DNA of 64,000 nucleotides from a virus: IMG/VR virus record IMGVR_UViG_3300034954_001721, one strand, 5' to 3'. The notes beneath the pieces are model-generated. The model had not been told where the DNA came from, did not search any database, and saw only the letters and a list, made by a program, of their open reading frames with translations. Positions 9,166-18,165 of the stretch are shown piece by piece (the first letter of the stretch is position 1; each line of letters opens with the position of its first letter). A program made the translations under genes and the position numbers.

Positions 9166-9534
9166 ATGACTGTTAAAATGATGCTCCTGAAAACAGGAGA
9201 AACTTTGATTTGTGATGCAAAAGAGGTTGCACGAGAAGAACAAGTTCGTGGGTATCTTCTTGAAAATCCACATTGTGTGAATACTCAGGAGAAGAATGTT
9301 CTTACTGAATCTGATACCGGAAATTCAAACTATGAGATTGATGTAGTCTTGACACCATGGTTGATTCTTTCTAGCGATCATAAGTTTGTTGTATCTGCAG
9401 ATTATATTGCAACCATTTGTGAACCTATTTCAAGTGTAAAGGAAATGTTTCTTAAGAAAACTGAAAATGCATTATCTGTAGAAGGAGTGCAAGACGAAAT
9501 CCCACTGTCCCCAACGGAGATTATCAATGAGTGA
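9166..9534 (+). CDS. conserved hypothetical cyanophage protein
   Basis: KMMLLKTGETLI...LTPW; GGAGG RBS upstream; usual position between hsp20 and gp43. Confidence 0.7.
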   Translation: MTVKMMLLKTGETLICDAKEVAREEQVRGYLLENPHCVNTQEKNVLTESDTGNSNYEIDVVLTPWLILSSDHKFVVSADYIATICEPISSVKEMFLKKTENALSVEGVQDEIPLSPTEIINE

Positions 9535-9784
9535 TAAGATTATTAAGTGCCTATTAGTTGATATTGACAATATTTTGATTAGTGAAGTTGAAGAGGTGGA
9601 TTCTGCCATTGGTGATCCCGATTGTAGACTTATCAAACCATATCGTTTTTATGTTGATGGTAAGATGGAACCATGGGTCAAAGCATCTAATCAAACAGAG
9701 TATATGATTCGCTCTAGCGATGTTTTTACGATTGCTGACCCCAGTCCTGAAGTAATTGCAAATTATCTCAAACTTACGGAATGA
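9527..9784 (+). CDS. conserved hypothetical cyanophage protein
   Basis: GDPDCRLIKPY...PW; coupled ORF. Confidence 0.7.
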   Translation: MSDKIIKCLLVDIDNILISEVEEVDSAIGDPDCRLIKPYRFYVDGKMEPWVKASNQTEYMIRSSDVFTIADPSPEVIANYLKLTE

Positions 9785-10530
9785 AGGTATTGAGTATTGA
9801 CCTGGACTATATTATGAGTCCAGTGATTGAATTATACAATAATACTTTTTTTGATCAAAATCCTACTTTGAGGTGGGAAAAATTATTTGATAATACATCC
9901 TTTAAAGAAAGTCATTTTTATATCGATCAGGGTAACCTTCTTTATTGTTTTAACACTTATTTGAAAGCATTAAAGCATTGTGATAGTGTTACTTTTGGAT
10001 ATGACCACGATGCTATTCTTTACACTTTGCATGATTGTGAGGATATAGAACTAATTAATATTGACCATCATGACGATATTTTTGGTGGAGATTATCTAAG
10101 AAGTTCTTCCTCACCCGAAAGAGCATATCGCAAAGAATTTGATGCTGCGATGGATCATGGGCGTGTTCATGAAGGCAATTGGGGATGTTGGTTAGGTGGC
10201 ATGGGTAAGTTAAAATCTTTTGTTTGGATTGGTAATAAAGAAAGCCAAAACAAATCAAGAAATAAGTACAATGAAAAAGTAGTTCTCAACTATCTGAATA
10301 CAGAAAGAGAGAACTATGAGTTTGAAGATTATAATTTTGACCATATATTCATTTGCCTCTCACCCCAATACATTCCCAAGCAGCACTGGCATTATTTTTC
10401 AATGTTCATCTCCACATTTGAGGAAATGACTGGAAAAGATGCTATAATACATACGGACAAATTCCAGTTTCATACCAACCTAGACAGAGTACATAATGAG
10501 ATTTTACACCAATGTTCAAATGGTCGGTGA
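9781..10530 (+). CDS. putative metallohydrolase (arginase/UPF0489-like motifs)
   Basis: LSIDLDY, DHD, NIDHHDD, EGNW, CLSPQY. Confidence 0.5.
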   Translation: MKVLSIDLDYIMSPVIELYNNTFFDQNPTLRWEKLFDNTSFKESHFYIDQGNLLYCFNTYLKALKHCDSVTFGYDHDAILYTLHDCEDIELINIDHHDDIFGGDYLRSSSSPERAYRKEFDAAMDHGRVHEGNWGCWLGGMGKLKSFVWIGNKESQNKSRNKYNEKVVLNYLNTERENYEFEDYNFDHIFICLSPQYIPKQHWHYFSMFISTFEEMTGKDAIIHTDKFQFHTNLDRVHNEILHQCSNGR

Positions 10531-12997
10531 CCACTTCTTGGTCCGAGGTTATGAGAACGGTAAGCACTTTGCTATCAGGGAAAAATTTTATCCAACTCTG
10601 TTTGTAGCATCAAAAAAACCCACAAAGTTCAAAACACTTGAAGGCGAATATGTTGAATCGGTTGAACCTGGAACTGTTCGTGATTGTCGTGAGTTTATCA
10701 AGCGATATGATGGTGTAGACAACTTTAAAATCTACGGGAACGACAGATACATCTATCAATATATTTCTGAGAAGTATCCCGAAGAAGAGATTAAGTTTGA
10801 TACTACCAAGATTAAAATCTCTACGATTGATATTGAGGTTAAATCTGAAAATGGATTTCCAGATGTTGAATCTGCCGCTGAGGAAGTACTCCTCATTACC
10901 GTGCAAGACTATACTACCAAACAGATCCGTACCTGGGGTCAAGGATCCTTCAATAATAAACAACAGAATGTTATCTATAAGGGGTTCAGAACTGAGTATG
11001 AACTTCTAAATGATTTCATTAACTGGTGGATGATTGAAGAGAATACTCCTGAGGTTGTAACTGGTTGGAACAGTGAACTGTATGATATGCCATACCTGGT
11101 GCGCCGTATTGACAGAATTCTTGGTGAGAAGTTGATGAAACGTATCTCTCCTTGGGGTCTTGTTACTGAACGTGAGACCATGATTATGGGTAGAAAACAC
11201 ATTTCTTATGATGTTGGGGGTATCACGCAACTTGATTACCTAAATCTTTATAAGAAGTTTACTTATAAAGCGCAGGAGTCCTATCGTCTGGACTATATTG
11301 CGAGTGTGGAACTTGGACAGAAGAAACTAGATCACAGTGAGTTTGATACATTCAAAGACTTTTACACAAATGGGTGGCAAAAGTTTGTAGAATATAACAT
11401 CATTGACGTAGAACTTGTTGACCGTATGGAAGACAAGATGAAACTGATTGAACTAGCAATCGTTATGGCGTATGACGCTAAGGCGAACTATGCTGATGTG
11501 TTCTCCCAGGTTCGTATGTGGGATACGATTATCTACAACTATCTCAAAAAGAGAAATATCGTTATTCCACCAATCGTTCGTTCTGATAAAGACTCTAAGT
11601 ATGCAGGTGCATATGTCAAGGAACCGATTCCAGGAAAGTATGATTGGGTGGTTAGTTTTGACCTTAATAGTCTCTACCCTCACCTTATTATGCAGTACAA
11701 TATCTCGCCAGAGACCCTACTGGAGGAACGCCATCCCTCGTCAACAGTTGATAGAATCCTTAATGAGGAAATAAATTTTGAACTCTATAAGGATAATGCT
11801 GTTTGTGCTAACGGTTCAATGTACCGTAAGGATAAGCGTGGATTCCTTCCAGAGTTGATGGATAAGATCTATAAAGATCGCACCATCTATAAAAAGAAGA
11901 TGCTTCAGGCAAAGCAAGATTATGAAAAGACTCCAACTAAGGCACTGGAGAAAGAGATTGCGCGATGCAATAACATTCAGATGGCTCGCAAGATTCAACT
12001 CAACTCTGCATATGGTGCTATTGGTAATCAGTACTTTAGGTACTATAAATTGGCCAATGCGGAGGCGATTACGCTTTCTGGTCAAGTCTCTATCCGTTGG
12101 ATTGAGAATAGGATGAACAAATACCTGAATAAGGTATTGAAAACTGAAGGTGAAGATTATGTTATTGCTTCTGATACCGATTCCATTTATCTTAATATGG
12201 GTCCTCTGGTTGAAAGTGTATACAAGGGAAGAGAGAAAACTACTGAAGGCATTGTCACGTTCCTTAATAAGATCTGTGAGGTGGAACTTGAAAAGTATAT
12301 TGACCGTTGCTACCAAGAACTGGCGGATTACGTCAACGCCTACGACCAAAAAATGTTCATGAAACGTGAGAACATTGCTGAACGTGGTATCTGGACTGCT
12401 AAGAAGCGATATATTCTCAACGTATGGGACAGTGAAGGTGTTCGTTATGATGAACCTAAACTGAAGATGATGGGTATTGAGGCAGTTAAATCTTCCACTC
12501 CTGCTCCTTGTCGTAAGATGATTAAGGAAGGTCTTAAACTCATGATGAATGCTACAGAAGAAGATGTTATTAACTTCATTGATAAGTGTCGTGCGGAATT
12601 CAAACAACTTCCTCCAGAAGAAATTGCATTCCCCAGATCTGTGTCAGATGTGGTAAAGTACCGTTCTTACTCAGACATTTATGCAAAGGGAACTCCCATT
12701 CATTGTCGTGGTGCTCTTCTCTTTAATCATTATATTAAGGAGAAAAAACTCACCAATAAATATTCACTTATCAACAACGGTGAGAAAATTAAGTTTCTCT
12801 ACCTGAAAAAACCGAATATCATTCAAGAGAATGTTATTTCTTTCATTCAAGATTTCCCGACAGAACTTGGTCTTGACAAGTACATTGACTATGACCTACA
12901 ATTTGAAAAGAGTTTTGTTGAACCACTTAAATCAATTCTTGATGCGATTGGATGGAATGTTGAAAAAACTGTAAACTTGGAACTATTTTTTGGCTAA
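10496..12997 (+). CDS. gp43: family B DNA polymerase
   Basis: DIE exonuclease motif, SFDLNSLYP, KIQLNSAYG, SDTDS; no intein. Confidence 0.98.
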   Translation: MRFYTNVQMVGDHFLVRGYENGKHFAIREKFYPTLFVASKKPTKFKTLEGEYVESVEPGTVRDCREFIKRYDGVDNFKIYGNDRYIYQYISEKYPEEEIKFDTTKIKISTIDIEVKSENGFPDVESAAEEVLLITVQDYTTKQIRTWGQGSFNNKQQNVIYKGFRTEYELLNDFINWWMIEENTPEVVTGWNSELYDMPYLVRRIDRILGEKLMKRISPWGLVTERETMIMGRKHISYDVGGITQLDYLNLYKKFTYKAQESYRLDYIASVELGQKKLDHSEFDTFKDFYTNGWQKFVEYNIIDVELVDRMEDKMKLIELAIVMAYDAKANYADVFSQVRMWDTIIYNYLKKRNIVIPPIVRSDKDSKYAGAYVKEPIPGKYDWVVSFDLNSLYPHLIMQYNISPETLLEERHPSSTVDRILNEEINFELYKDNAVCANGSMYRKDKRGFLPELMDKIYKDRTIYKKKMLQAKQDYEKTPTKALEKEIARCNNIQMARKIQLNSAYGAIGNQYFRYYKLANAEAITLSGQVSIRWIENRMNKYLNKVLKTEGEDYVIASDTDSIYLNMGPLVESVYKGREKTTEGIVTFLNKICEVELEKYIDRCYQELADYVNAYDQKMFMKRENIAERGIWTAKKRYILNVWDSEGVRYDEPKLKMMGIEAVKSSTPAPCRKMIKEGLKLMMNATEEDVINFIDKCRAEFKQLPPEEIAFPRSVSDVVKYRSYSDIYAKGTPIHCRGALLFNHYIKEKKLTNKYSLINNGEKIKFLYLKKPNIIQENVISFIQDFPTELGLDKYIDYDLQFEKSFVEPLKSILDAIGWNVEKTVNLELFFG

Positions 12998-13162
12998 ATG
13001 GAACTGCCTATCAACGACAAAGAACTGGACACCATCATCAGTGCATTGCGACTGGGTGGTGATGTAGCACTTTATCAAAAACTCAATAATGTTAAAGCAA
13101 CTCGTCAGATGAATTCTATCAAGACTGAAGTTGATACTGAAAAATTTGGATTTGTATTGTAA
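12998..13162 (+). CDS. small hypothetical protein (54 aa)
   Basis: MELPINDKELDTIISALRLGGD...; exactly fills the gp43-uvsX gap. Confidence 0.65.
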   Translation: MELPINDKELDTIISALRLGGDVALYQKLNNVKATRQMNSIKTEVDTEKFGFVL

Positions 13163-14169
13163 TGGATTTTCTAACTGAAATTGTAAAAGAGATTGGTGAT
13201 GACTTTACCAAACTCGCTTCTGATATTGATGAAAGTGAAAGTTTTGTGGACACGGGTTCGTACATTTTTAACGCCCTCGTTTCAGGTAGTCTATTTGGTG
13301 GTGTATCTGGGAATAAGATTACTGCCATTGCTGGCGAGTCTAGTACTGGAAAAACTTTTTTCAGTCTCGCCGTTGTCAAGAACTTCTTGGATTCTAATCC
13401 TGATGGGTATTGCCTATATTTTGACACTGAAGCCGCTGTTAATAAGTCTCTTCTCGCAAGTCGGGGTGTTGACCTAGATCGCACTGTTGTGGTGAATGTG
13501 GTTACTGTTGAGGAGTTTCGTAGTAAGGCACTGAAGGCAGTTGATCTTTATCTAAAAAAACCTGAAGATGAACGCAAACCTTGTATGTTTGTGTTAGACT
13601 CTTTGGGAATGCTTTCCACTGAGAAAGAGATTACTGACGCACTCAACGACAAACAAGTTCGGGACATGACCAAATCCCAACTTATCAAAGGTGCCTTCAG
13701 AATGCTCACACTCAAGTTGGGTCAGGCAAACATTCCAATGATTGTTACTAACCACACTTACGATGTCATCGGTGCATACGTTCCAACTAAAGAGATGGGT
13801 GGCGGCAGTGGTCTTAAATATGCGGCGTCCACGATTATTCATCTTACTAAGAAAAAGGAAAAAGATGGAACAGAAATCGTTGGAAACCTTATCAAGGCAA
13901 AGACTGCTAAGTCGCGTCTAAGTAAAGAGAATCAAGATGTTACGGTTCGTCTTTTCTATGACGAGCGTGGTCTTGATCGCTATTATGGTCTGCTAGAATT
14001 GGGAGAACTTGGCGGTCTTTGGAAGAATGTCGCTGGGCGATATGAGATGGATGGGAAAAAGGTTTACGCGAAAGCAATCCTGAAAGACCCTGATACATAT
14101 TTCACCCCTGAGGTGATGGAAAAACTGGACACCATTGCAAGAGAAACTTATTCTTATGGAGCGAATTGA
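13162..14169 (+). CDS. uvsX: RecA-like recombinase
   Basis: GESSTGKT, FDTE, LDSLG, NHTY, MGGGSGLKY. Confidence 0.96.
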   Translation: MDFLTEIVKEIGDDFTKLASDIDESESFVDTGSYIFNALVSGSLFGGVSGNKITAIAGESSTGKTFFSLAVVKNFLDSNPDGYCLYFDTEAAVNKSLLASRGVDLDRTVVVNVVTVEEFRSKALKAVDLYLKKPEDERKPCMFVLDSLGMLSTEKEITDALNDKQVRDMTKSQLIKGAFRMLTLKLGQANIPMIVTNHTYDVIGAYVPTKEMGGGSGLKYAASTIIHLTKKKEKDGTEIVGNLIKAKTAKSRLSKENQDVTVRLFYDERGLDRYYGLLELGELGGLWKNVAGRYEMDGKKVYAKAILKDPDTYFTPEVMEKLDTIARETYSYGAN

Positions 14170-15535
14170 GACAACTATTCTGCGAAACCTTGTTTTCAAT
14201 GAAGAGTACTCTCGCAAAGTAATTCCGTTTATTGAACCTGATTATTTTGAACAGAGAACCGAGAAGATTATCTTTGAGGAGATTACTCAGTTTATTGTGA
14301 AATATGGCAATGCTATTACAATTGAAGCACTTGCCATTGAATTAGAAAATCGTACTGATCTCTCTGAAACAGAGGTCAAAGAGTCCCGTGAGATTACTTC
14401 ATCTCTGACGGATGCTCCCGCAGATAGTAAATGGTTGGAAGATACTACTGAGAAGTGGTGTCGTGACCGTGCAATTTATCTTGCTTTGATGGAATCTATT
14501 GGCATTGCCGATGGTGGAGACAAAGAAAAGAACCGTGACGCTATTCCTTCAATCTTGTCGGATGCACTCGCGGTTTCTTTTGATAATCATATTGGACACA
14601 ATTACTTAGAAGACTATAAAGAACGATATGAGTCGTATCATAAGAAAGAAGATCGTATTCCGTTTGATCTTGAGTATTTCAATAAGATTACGAAAGGTGG
14701 TCTTCCTAACAAGACTCTTAATGTCGCTCTTGCTGGGACAGGTGTTGGTAAGTCTCTTTTCATGTGTCATATGGCTAGCTCCGTTTTGCTTAACGGACGT
14801 AACGTGCTTTACATTACAATGGAGATGGCAGAGGAGAAAATTGCTGAACGTATTGATGCAAACCTTCTGAATGTTCCTATTCAAGATCTGGCAGACCTTC
14901 CCAGAACTTCATTTGAAAACAAAGTAACTAGTCTTAGCAAAAAAACACAGGGTCAACTTATAATTAAAGAGTATCCTACTGCAAGCGCACACAGTGGACA
15001 CTTTAAGGCACTTCTTAATGAACTTGCACTTAAGAAGTCTTTTAAACCTGACATCATATTTGTGGATTATCTCAATATTTGCGCCTCGTCGCGTTACAAA
15101 GGATCTGCCAATATTAATTCCTATACTCTTGTTAAGTCTATTGCAGAGGAACTTAGAGGATTGGCTGTCGAGGCCGAGGTCCCTATCGTATCTGCCACCC
15201 AGACCACTCGTTCTGGTTATGGTAGCTCTGATGTTGACCTTACTGATACTAGTGAATCCTTTGGTCTCCCTGCTACTGCTGATCTTATGTTTGCCCTTAT
15301 TAGCACGGAAGAACTGGAACAATTGGGACAGATTATGGTGAAGCAGTTGAAGAATCGTTATAATGATCTCTCAGTTTTCAAGAGATTTGTTGTTGGTATT
15401 GACCGTGCCAAGATGCGTCTTTATGATTGTGAACAGTCTGCACAAGACGATATACTTGACTCTGGACGAGAAGCAGAGTATAATTACGAAGAAGAACAGA
15501 AACCTAAAAAATCATTCGACGGATTTAAATTCTAA
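14156..15535 (+). CDS. gp41: replicative DNA helicase
   Basis: AGTGVGKS, EMAEE, IKEYPT, VDYLNI, SESFGLP, QLKNRY. Confidence 0.96.
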   Translation: MERIETTILRNLVFNEEYSRKVIPFIEPDYFEQRTEKIIFEEITQFIVKYGNAITIEALAIELENRTDLSETEVKESREITSSLTDAPADSKWLEDTTEKWCRDRAIYLALMESIGIADGGDKEKNRDAIPSILSDALAVSFDNHIGHNYLEDYKERYESYHKKEDRIPFDLEYFNKITKGGLPNKTLNVALAGTGVGKSLFMCHMASSVLLNGRNVLYITMEMAEEKIAERIDANLLNVPIQDLADLPRTSFENKVTSLSKKTQGQLIIKEYPTASAHSGHFKALLNELALKKSFKPDIIFVDYLNICASSRYKGSANINSYTLVKSIAEELRGLAVEAEVPIVSATQTTRSGYGSSDVDLTDTSESFGLPATADLMFALISTEELEQLGQIMVKQLKNRYNDLSVFKRFVVGIDRAKMRLYDCEQSAQDDILDSGREAEYNYEEEQKPKKSFDGFKF

Positions 15536-15945
15536 TGACAAAGCAAGTTGATTTTGAACGCTACGAAAAGTTTGTTGATGCTGTCACCTCTGATGCATCT
15601 ACTGATTTTGTTGCTCTTTCTGACCGTCTGGTTGAATTGGACGAAAAGGGTGCAAACATTGAACGTCTCCTGACTGCTGGTGTTGGTATCAATGCAGAAG
15701 GTGGTGAGTTCCTTGAAATTATCAAGAAGATGATTTTTCAAGGTAAACCTTGGGATACTCACAACAAAGAACACCTTGTTATTGAACTTGGTGACCTGAT
15801 GTGGTATGTTGCCCAAGCATGTATGGCGCTTGGTGTTTCTTTCGATGAGGTCGTTGCCCGTAATGTGAAGAAACTGGAAGCACGTTATCCTGGGGGATCT
15901 TTTGATGTATACTATTCTGAGAATCGTGCGGAGGGAGACCTGTGA
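15535..15945 (+). CDS. mazG: MazG-like NTP pyrophosphohydrolase
   Basis: EGGEFLEIIKK, ELGDLMWY, NVKKLEARYP. Confidence 0.92.
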   Translation: MTKQVDFERYEKFVDAVTSDASTDFVALSDRLVELDEKGANIERLLTAGVGINAEGGEFLEIIKKMIFQGKPWDTHNKEHLVIELGDLMWYVAQACMALGVSFDEVVARNVKKLEARYPGGSFDVYYSENRAEGDL

Positions 15946-16124
15946 TTAATATAGAACTGGAATTGAGACAAGCAGCGGCAGTGCGCGAAGCACTGTTCCG
16001 CTCTACCTCTCAAGATAGTTATGAGTTTCCTTCTCAACGGACTATCGAAATTAGAGAAGCAATTGTTATTTTAGATGAACAAATTAGTAAGAAAGTATCT
16101 GAAACTAGTAAAGAAGATTCCTGA
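15942..16124 (+). CDS. hypothetical protein
   Basis: Coupled ORF with GGAG RBS. Confidence 0.55.
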   Translation: MINIELELRQAAAVREALFRSTSQDSYEFPSQRTIEIREAIVILDEQISKKVSETSKEDS

Positions 16125-16413
16125 ACGCCACTATTGGCCACTCTTTATCTTCCTCTCATTATACTTTGTTGTTCCGTATAGTGAGTTTGTAGTCACCATT
16201 CTTGCACTTGGATACTTCAAGTTTGAACAGCAATATCGTAGATTATTCGATAAAATAGTTTCGCCACTACCTGATATAATTAAGTATGGTGCTTCTGTTA
16301 TATTTTTTCTAGTGATGCTAGATGACACTCTTTTCTACGCTGCTATTATTCTCGGTGCTTTGTGGACTAATAGGGAAGTTAAAAAATTGAAAGATGATGC
16401 TAACAATAATTAA
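16075..16413 (+). CDS. hypothetical membrane protein
   Basis: Several hydrophobic segments. Confidence 0.6.
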   Translation: MNKLVRKYLKLVKKIPERHYWPLFIFLSLYFVVPYSEFVVTILALGYFKFEQQYRRLFDKIVSPLPDIIKYGASVIFFLVMLDDTLFYAAIILGALWTNREVKKLKDDANNN

Positions 16414-16588
16414 TTACTTGACATCATTTTGGACAGTGGTTATAATGAATTGTATTCAACCCGTTAATTGGAAATACTGTTATCGGGTTGACCAGTGGTT
16501 GATTCCTGAGATTGTTCATGGTATCAAACTCAAAACTGGTGAAATAGTTCCTTATCAAACTGAGAAGGACTATCTCAAGGGGTTATAG
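16394..16588 (+). CDS. hypothetical protein whose stop lies inside tRNA-Ala
   Basis: FWTVVIMNCIQPVNWKYC; the TAG is tRNA positions 8-10. Confidence 0.6.
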   Translation: MMLTIINYLTSFWTVVIMNCIQPVNWKYCYRVDQWLIPEIVHGIKLKTGEIVPYQTEKDYLKGL

Positions 16589-16651
16589 CTCAGTTGGTAG
16601 AGCGCCTGCTTTGCAAGCAGGATGTCAGCGGTTCGAGTCCGCTTAACTCCA
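16579..16651 (+). tRNA. tRNA-Ala(UGC)
   Basis: Cloverleaf with G3:U70, anticodon TGC, GTTCGAG T-loop. Confidence 0.95.
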
Positions 16652-16666
16652 TAAATATTCAAAAAG

Positions 16667-16882
16667 ATGAATCCCTACATTAAAGAACTCATAGAAGATT
16701 TCAATGGGACAAACTATGAGCAGTTTGTGAAATACATTTATATGACTCTTCAAAGGGAAATTGATTCCTGTAGGGGCAAGGAAAAGAATAAATATATAAA
16801 GATAAAAAACGACATGCTCAGATACGTTACCTCAAACCGAGGTAGTGTTTCTCTTGCTCTTAGTAGAAATAGATATCAATGA
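16667..16882 (+). CDS. hypothetical protein
   Basis: ORF after a CATAAATA late-like box, coupled to the next gene. Confidence 0.55.
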   Translation: MNPYIKELIEDFNGTNYEQFVKYIYMTLQREIDSCRGKEKNKYIKIKNDMLRYVTSNRGSVSLALSRNRYQ

Positions 16883-18150
16883 AATCCTTTTTTCAATTTT
16901 TAAACGAATCTGCAACTCAGCAGGCACAACGTCTTGGTCTTGAAGGAGATGGTCATGGTGGTTGGTATGACCGTCAGACGGGTGAGTTTGTGGCAAAGAC
17001 TGAAAAGGGAAGATTAAAGTTTTATAATAAGCGTCAGAAAGTTGGTGGGGATGACCCTAACCAAACTGAATTAGAAAAAAATATATCTGATCCAAACTTC
17101 AATGACCCTGGTTTGCAGCAAGATGTTCCTCCTGAACAGCAGGCAGCACCAGTGCCAGAGGAACAACCACAAGTTGAAATTAGTCCTGATTTGGAAGCAG
17201 GACCACCACCAGTTCCCAAAACTAAAGGAACTTTGACTGTTGCATTTGGTAGATTTAACCCACCTCACGCAGGACATTTGCAGTTGATGGATACTGCAGC
17301 TGCAGTTGCTGCTGAAGAAGATAGTGATTATTTAATTGTTCCTTCACGTTCAAATGATCCTAAAAAGAATCCTTTGGATGCTGATACTAAGGTTGCATTT
17401 ATGAGAGGTATGTTCCCTCTTCATAGTTCTAGAATTCAGAACGATGTAAATACAAGAACTATCTTTGATGTGCTGAAAAAAGCACATAATGATGGATATA
17501 CTAATGTAAGAATTGTTGGTGGTGCTGATAGAGTAAAGGAGTTTGATAAACTTGCCAATAATTATAATGGTGCTCTCTATCAGTTTGATAATCTTGAGGT
17601 GTTATCTGCTGGTGATAGAGATCCTGATGCTGATGGAGTTGAAGGGATGTCTGCATCTAGATTGAGACTTGCTGCATCAGAAAATGATTTCAGAACTTTT
17701 AAATCTGCAATGCCTGAGGGTATGAGACCAAAAGATGCAAGAGAATTGTTCAATACTGTCCGTGCATCAATGGGTATTAATGAAGAGTGGGGTATCTGGG
17801 AAATGGCACCTAAGTTTGACCAACAAACTCTTCGTGAAAATTATGTCTCTAAGACTATCTTTAAAATTGGTCAGTTAGTTGAAAATATGAATACTGGTCT
17901 TATTGGTCGTATCATCCGTAGAGGTGCTAATCATCTTATTTGTGTTACTGAAGATAAGATTATGTTTAAGGCATGGATTAAAGATGTTAATGAATCAGTT
18001 GTCAATGGTACGAAAAGGGGTGGTGTACCTGCAAATCAAAGAGAAGTTGGTACAGACTCTCACTTTAGATATGTGCAGTCTATGGTTCCAGGATGCACTA
18101 TGTCTAGCGGAAAGGACTTTATAAATAAATATAAGATAAGGAAATCGTAA
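16879..18150 (+). CDS. cytidylyltransferase-like (HxGH nucleotidyltransferase) protein
   Basis: FGRFNPPHAGH, KKNPL, VGGADRV, GMSASRLR; N-terminal MKSFFQFLNE. Confidence 0.85.
   Translation: MKSFFQFLNESATQQAQRLGLEGDGHGGWYDRQTGEFVAKTEKGRLKFYNKRQKVGGDDPNQTELEKNISDPNFNDPGLQQDVPPEQQAAPVPEEQPQVEISPDLEAGPPPVPKTKGTLTVAFGRFNPPHAGHLQLMDTAAAVAAEEDSDYLIVPSRSNDPKKNPLDADTKVAFMRGMFPLHSSRIQNDVNTRTIFDVLKKAHNDGYTNVRIVGGADRVKEFDKLANNYNGALYQFDNLEVLSAGDRDPDADGVEGMSASRLRLAASENDFRTFKSAMPEGMRPKDARELFNTVRASMGINEEWGIWEMAPKFDQQTLRENYVSKTIFKIGQLVENMNTGLIGRIIRRGANHLICVTEDKIMFKAWIKDVNESVVNGTKRGGVPANQREVGTDSHFRYVQSMVPGCTMSSGKDFINKYKIRKS
18120..18127 (+). promoter_or_regulatory. T4-type late promoter
   Basis: TATAAATA. 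Confidence 0.65.
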
Positions 18151-18165
18151 TCGTAAAATCTTCCG

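Noticed and set aside
11816-12607. 263-aa antisense ORF inside gp43, and many shorter antisense or alternate-frame ORFs in core genes
   Set aside because: Shadow ORFs of strongly biased coding sequence; no motifs or RBS.
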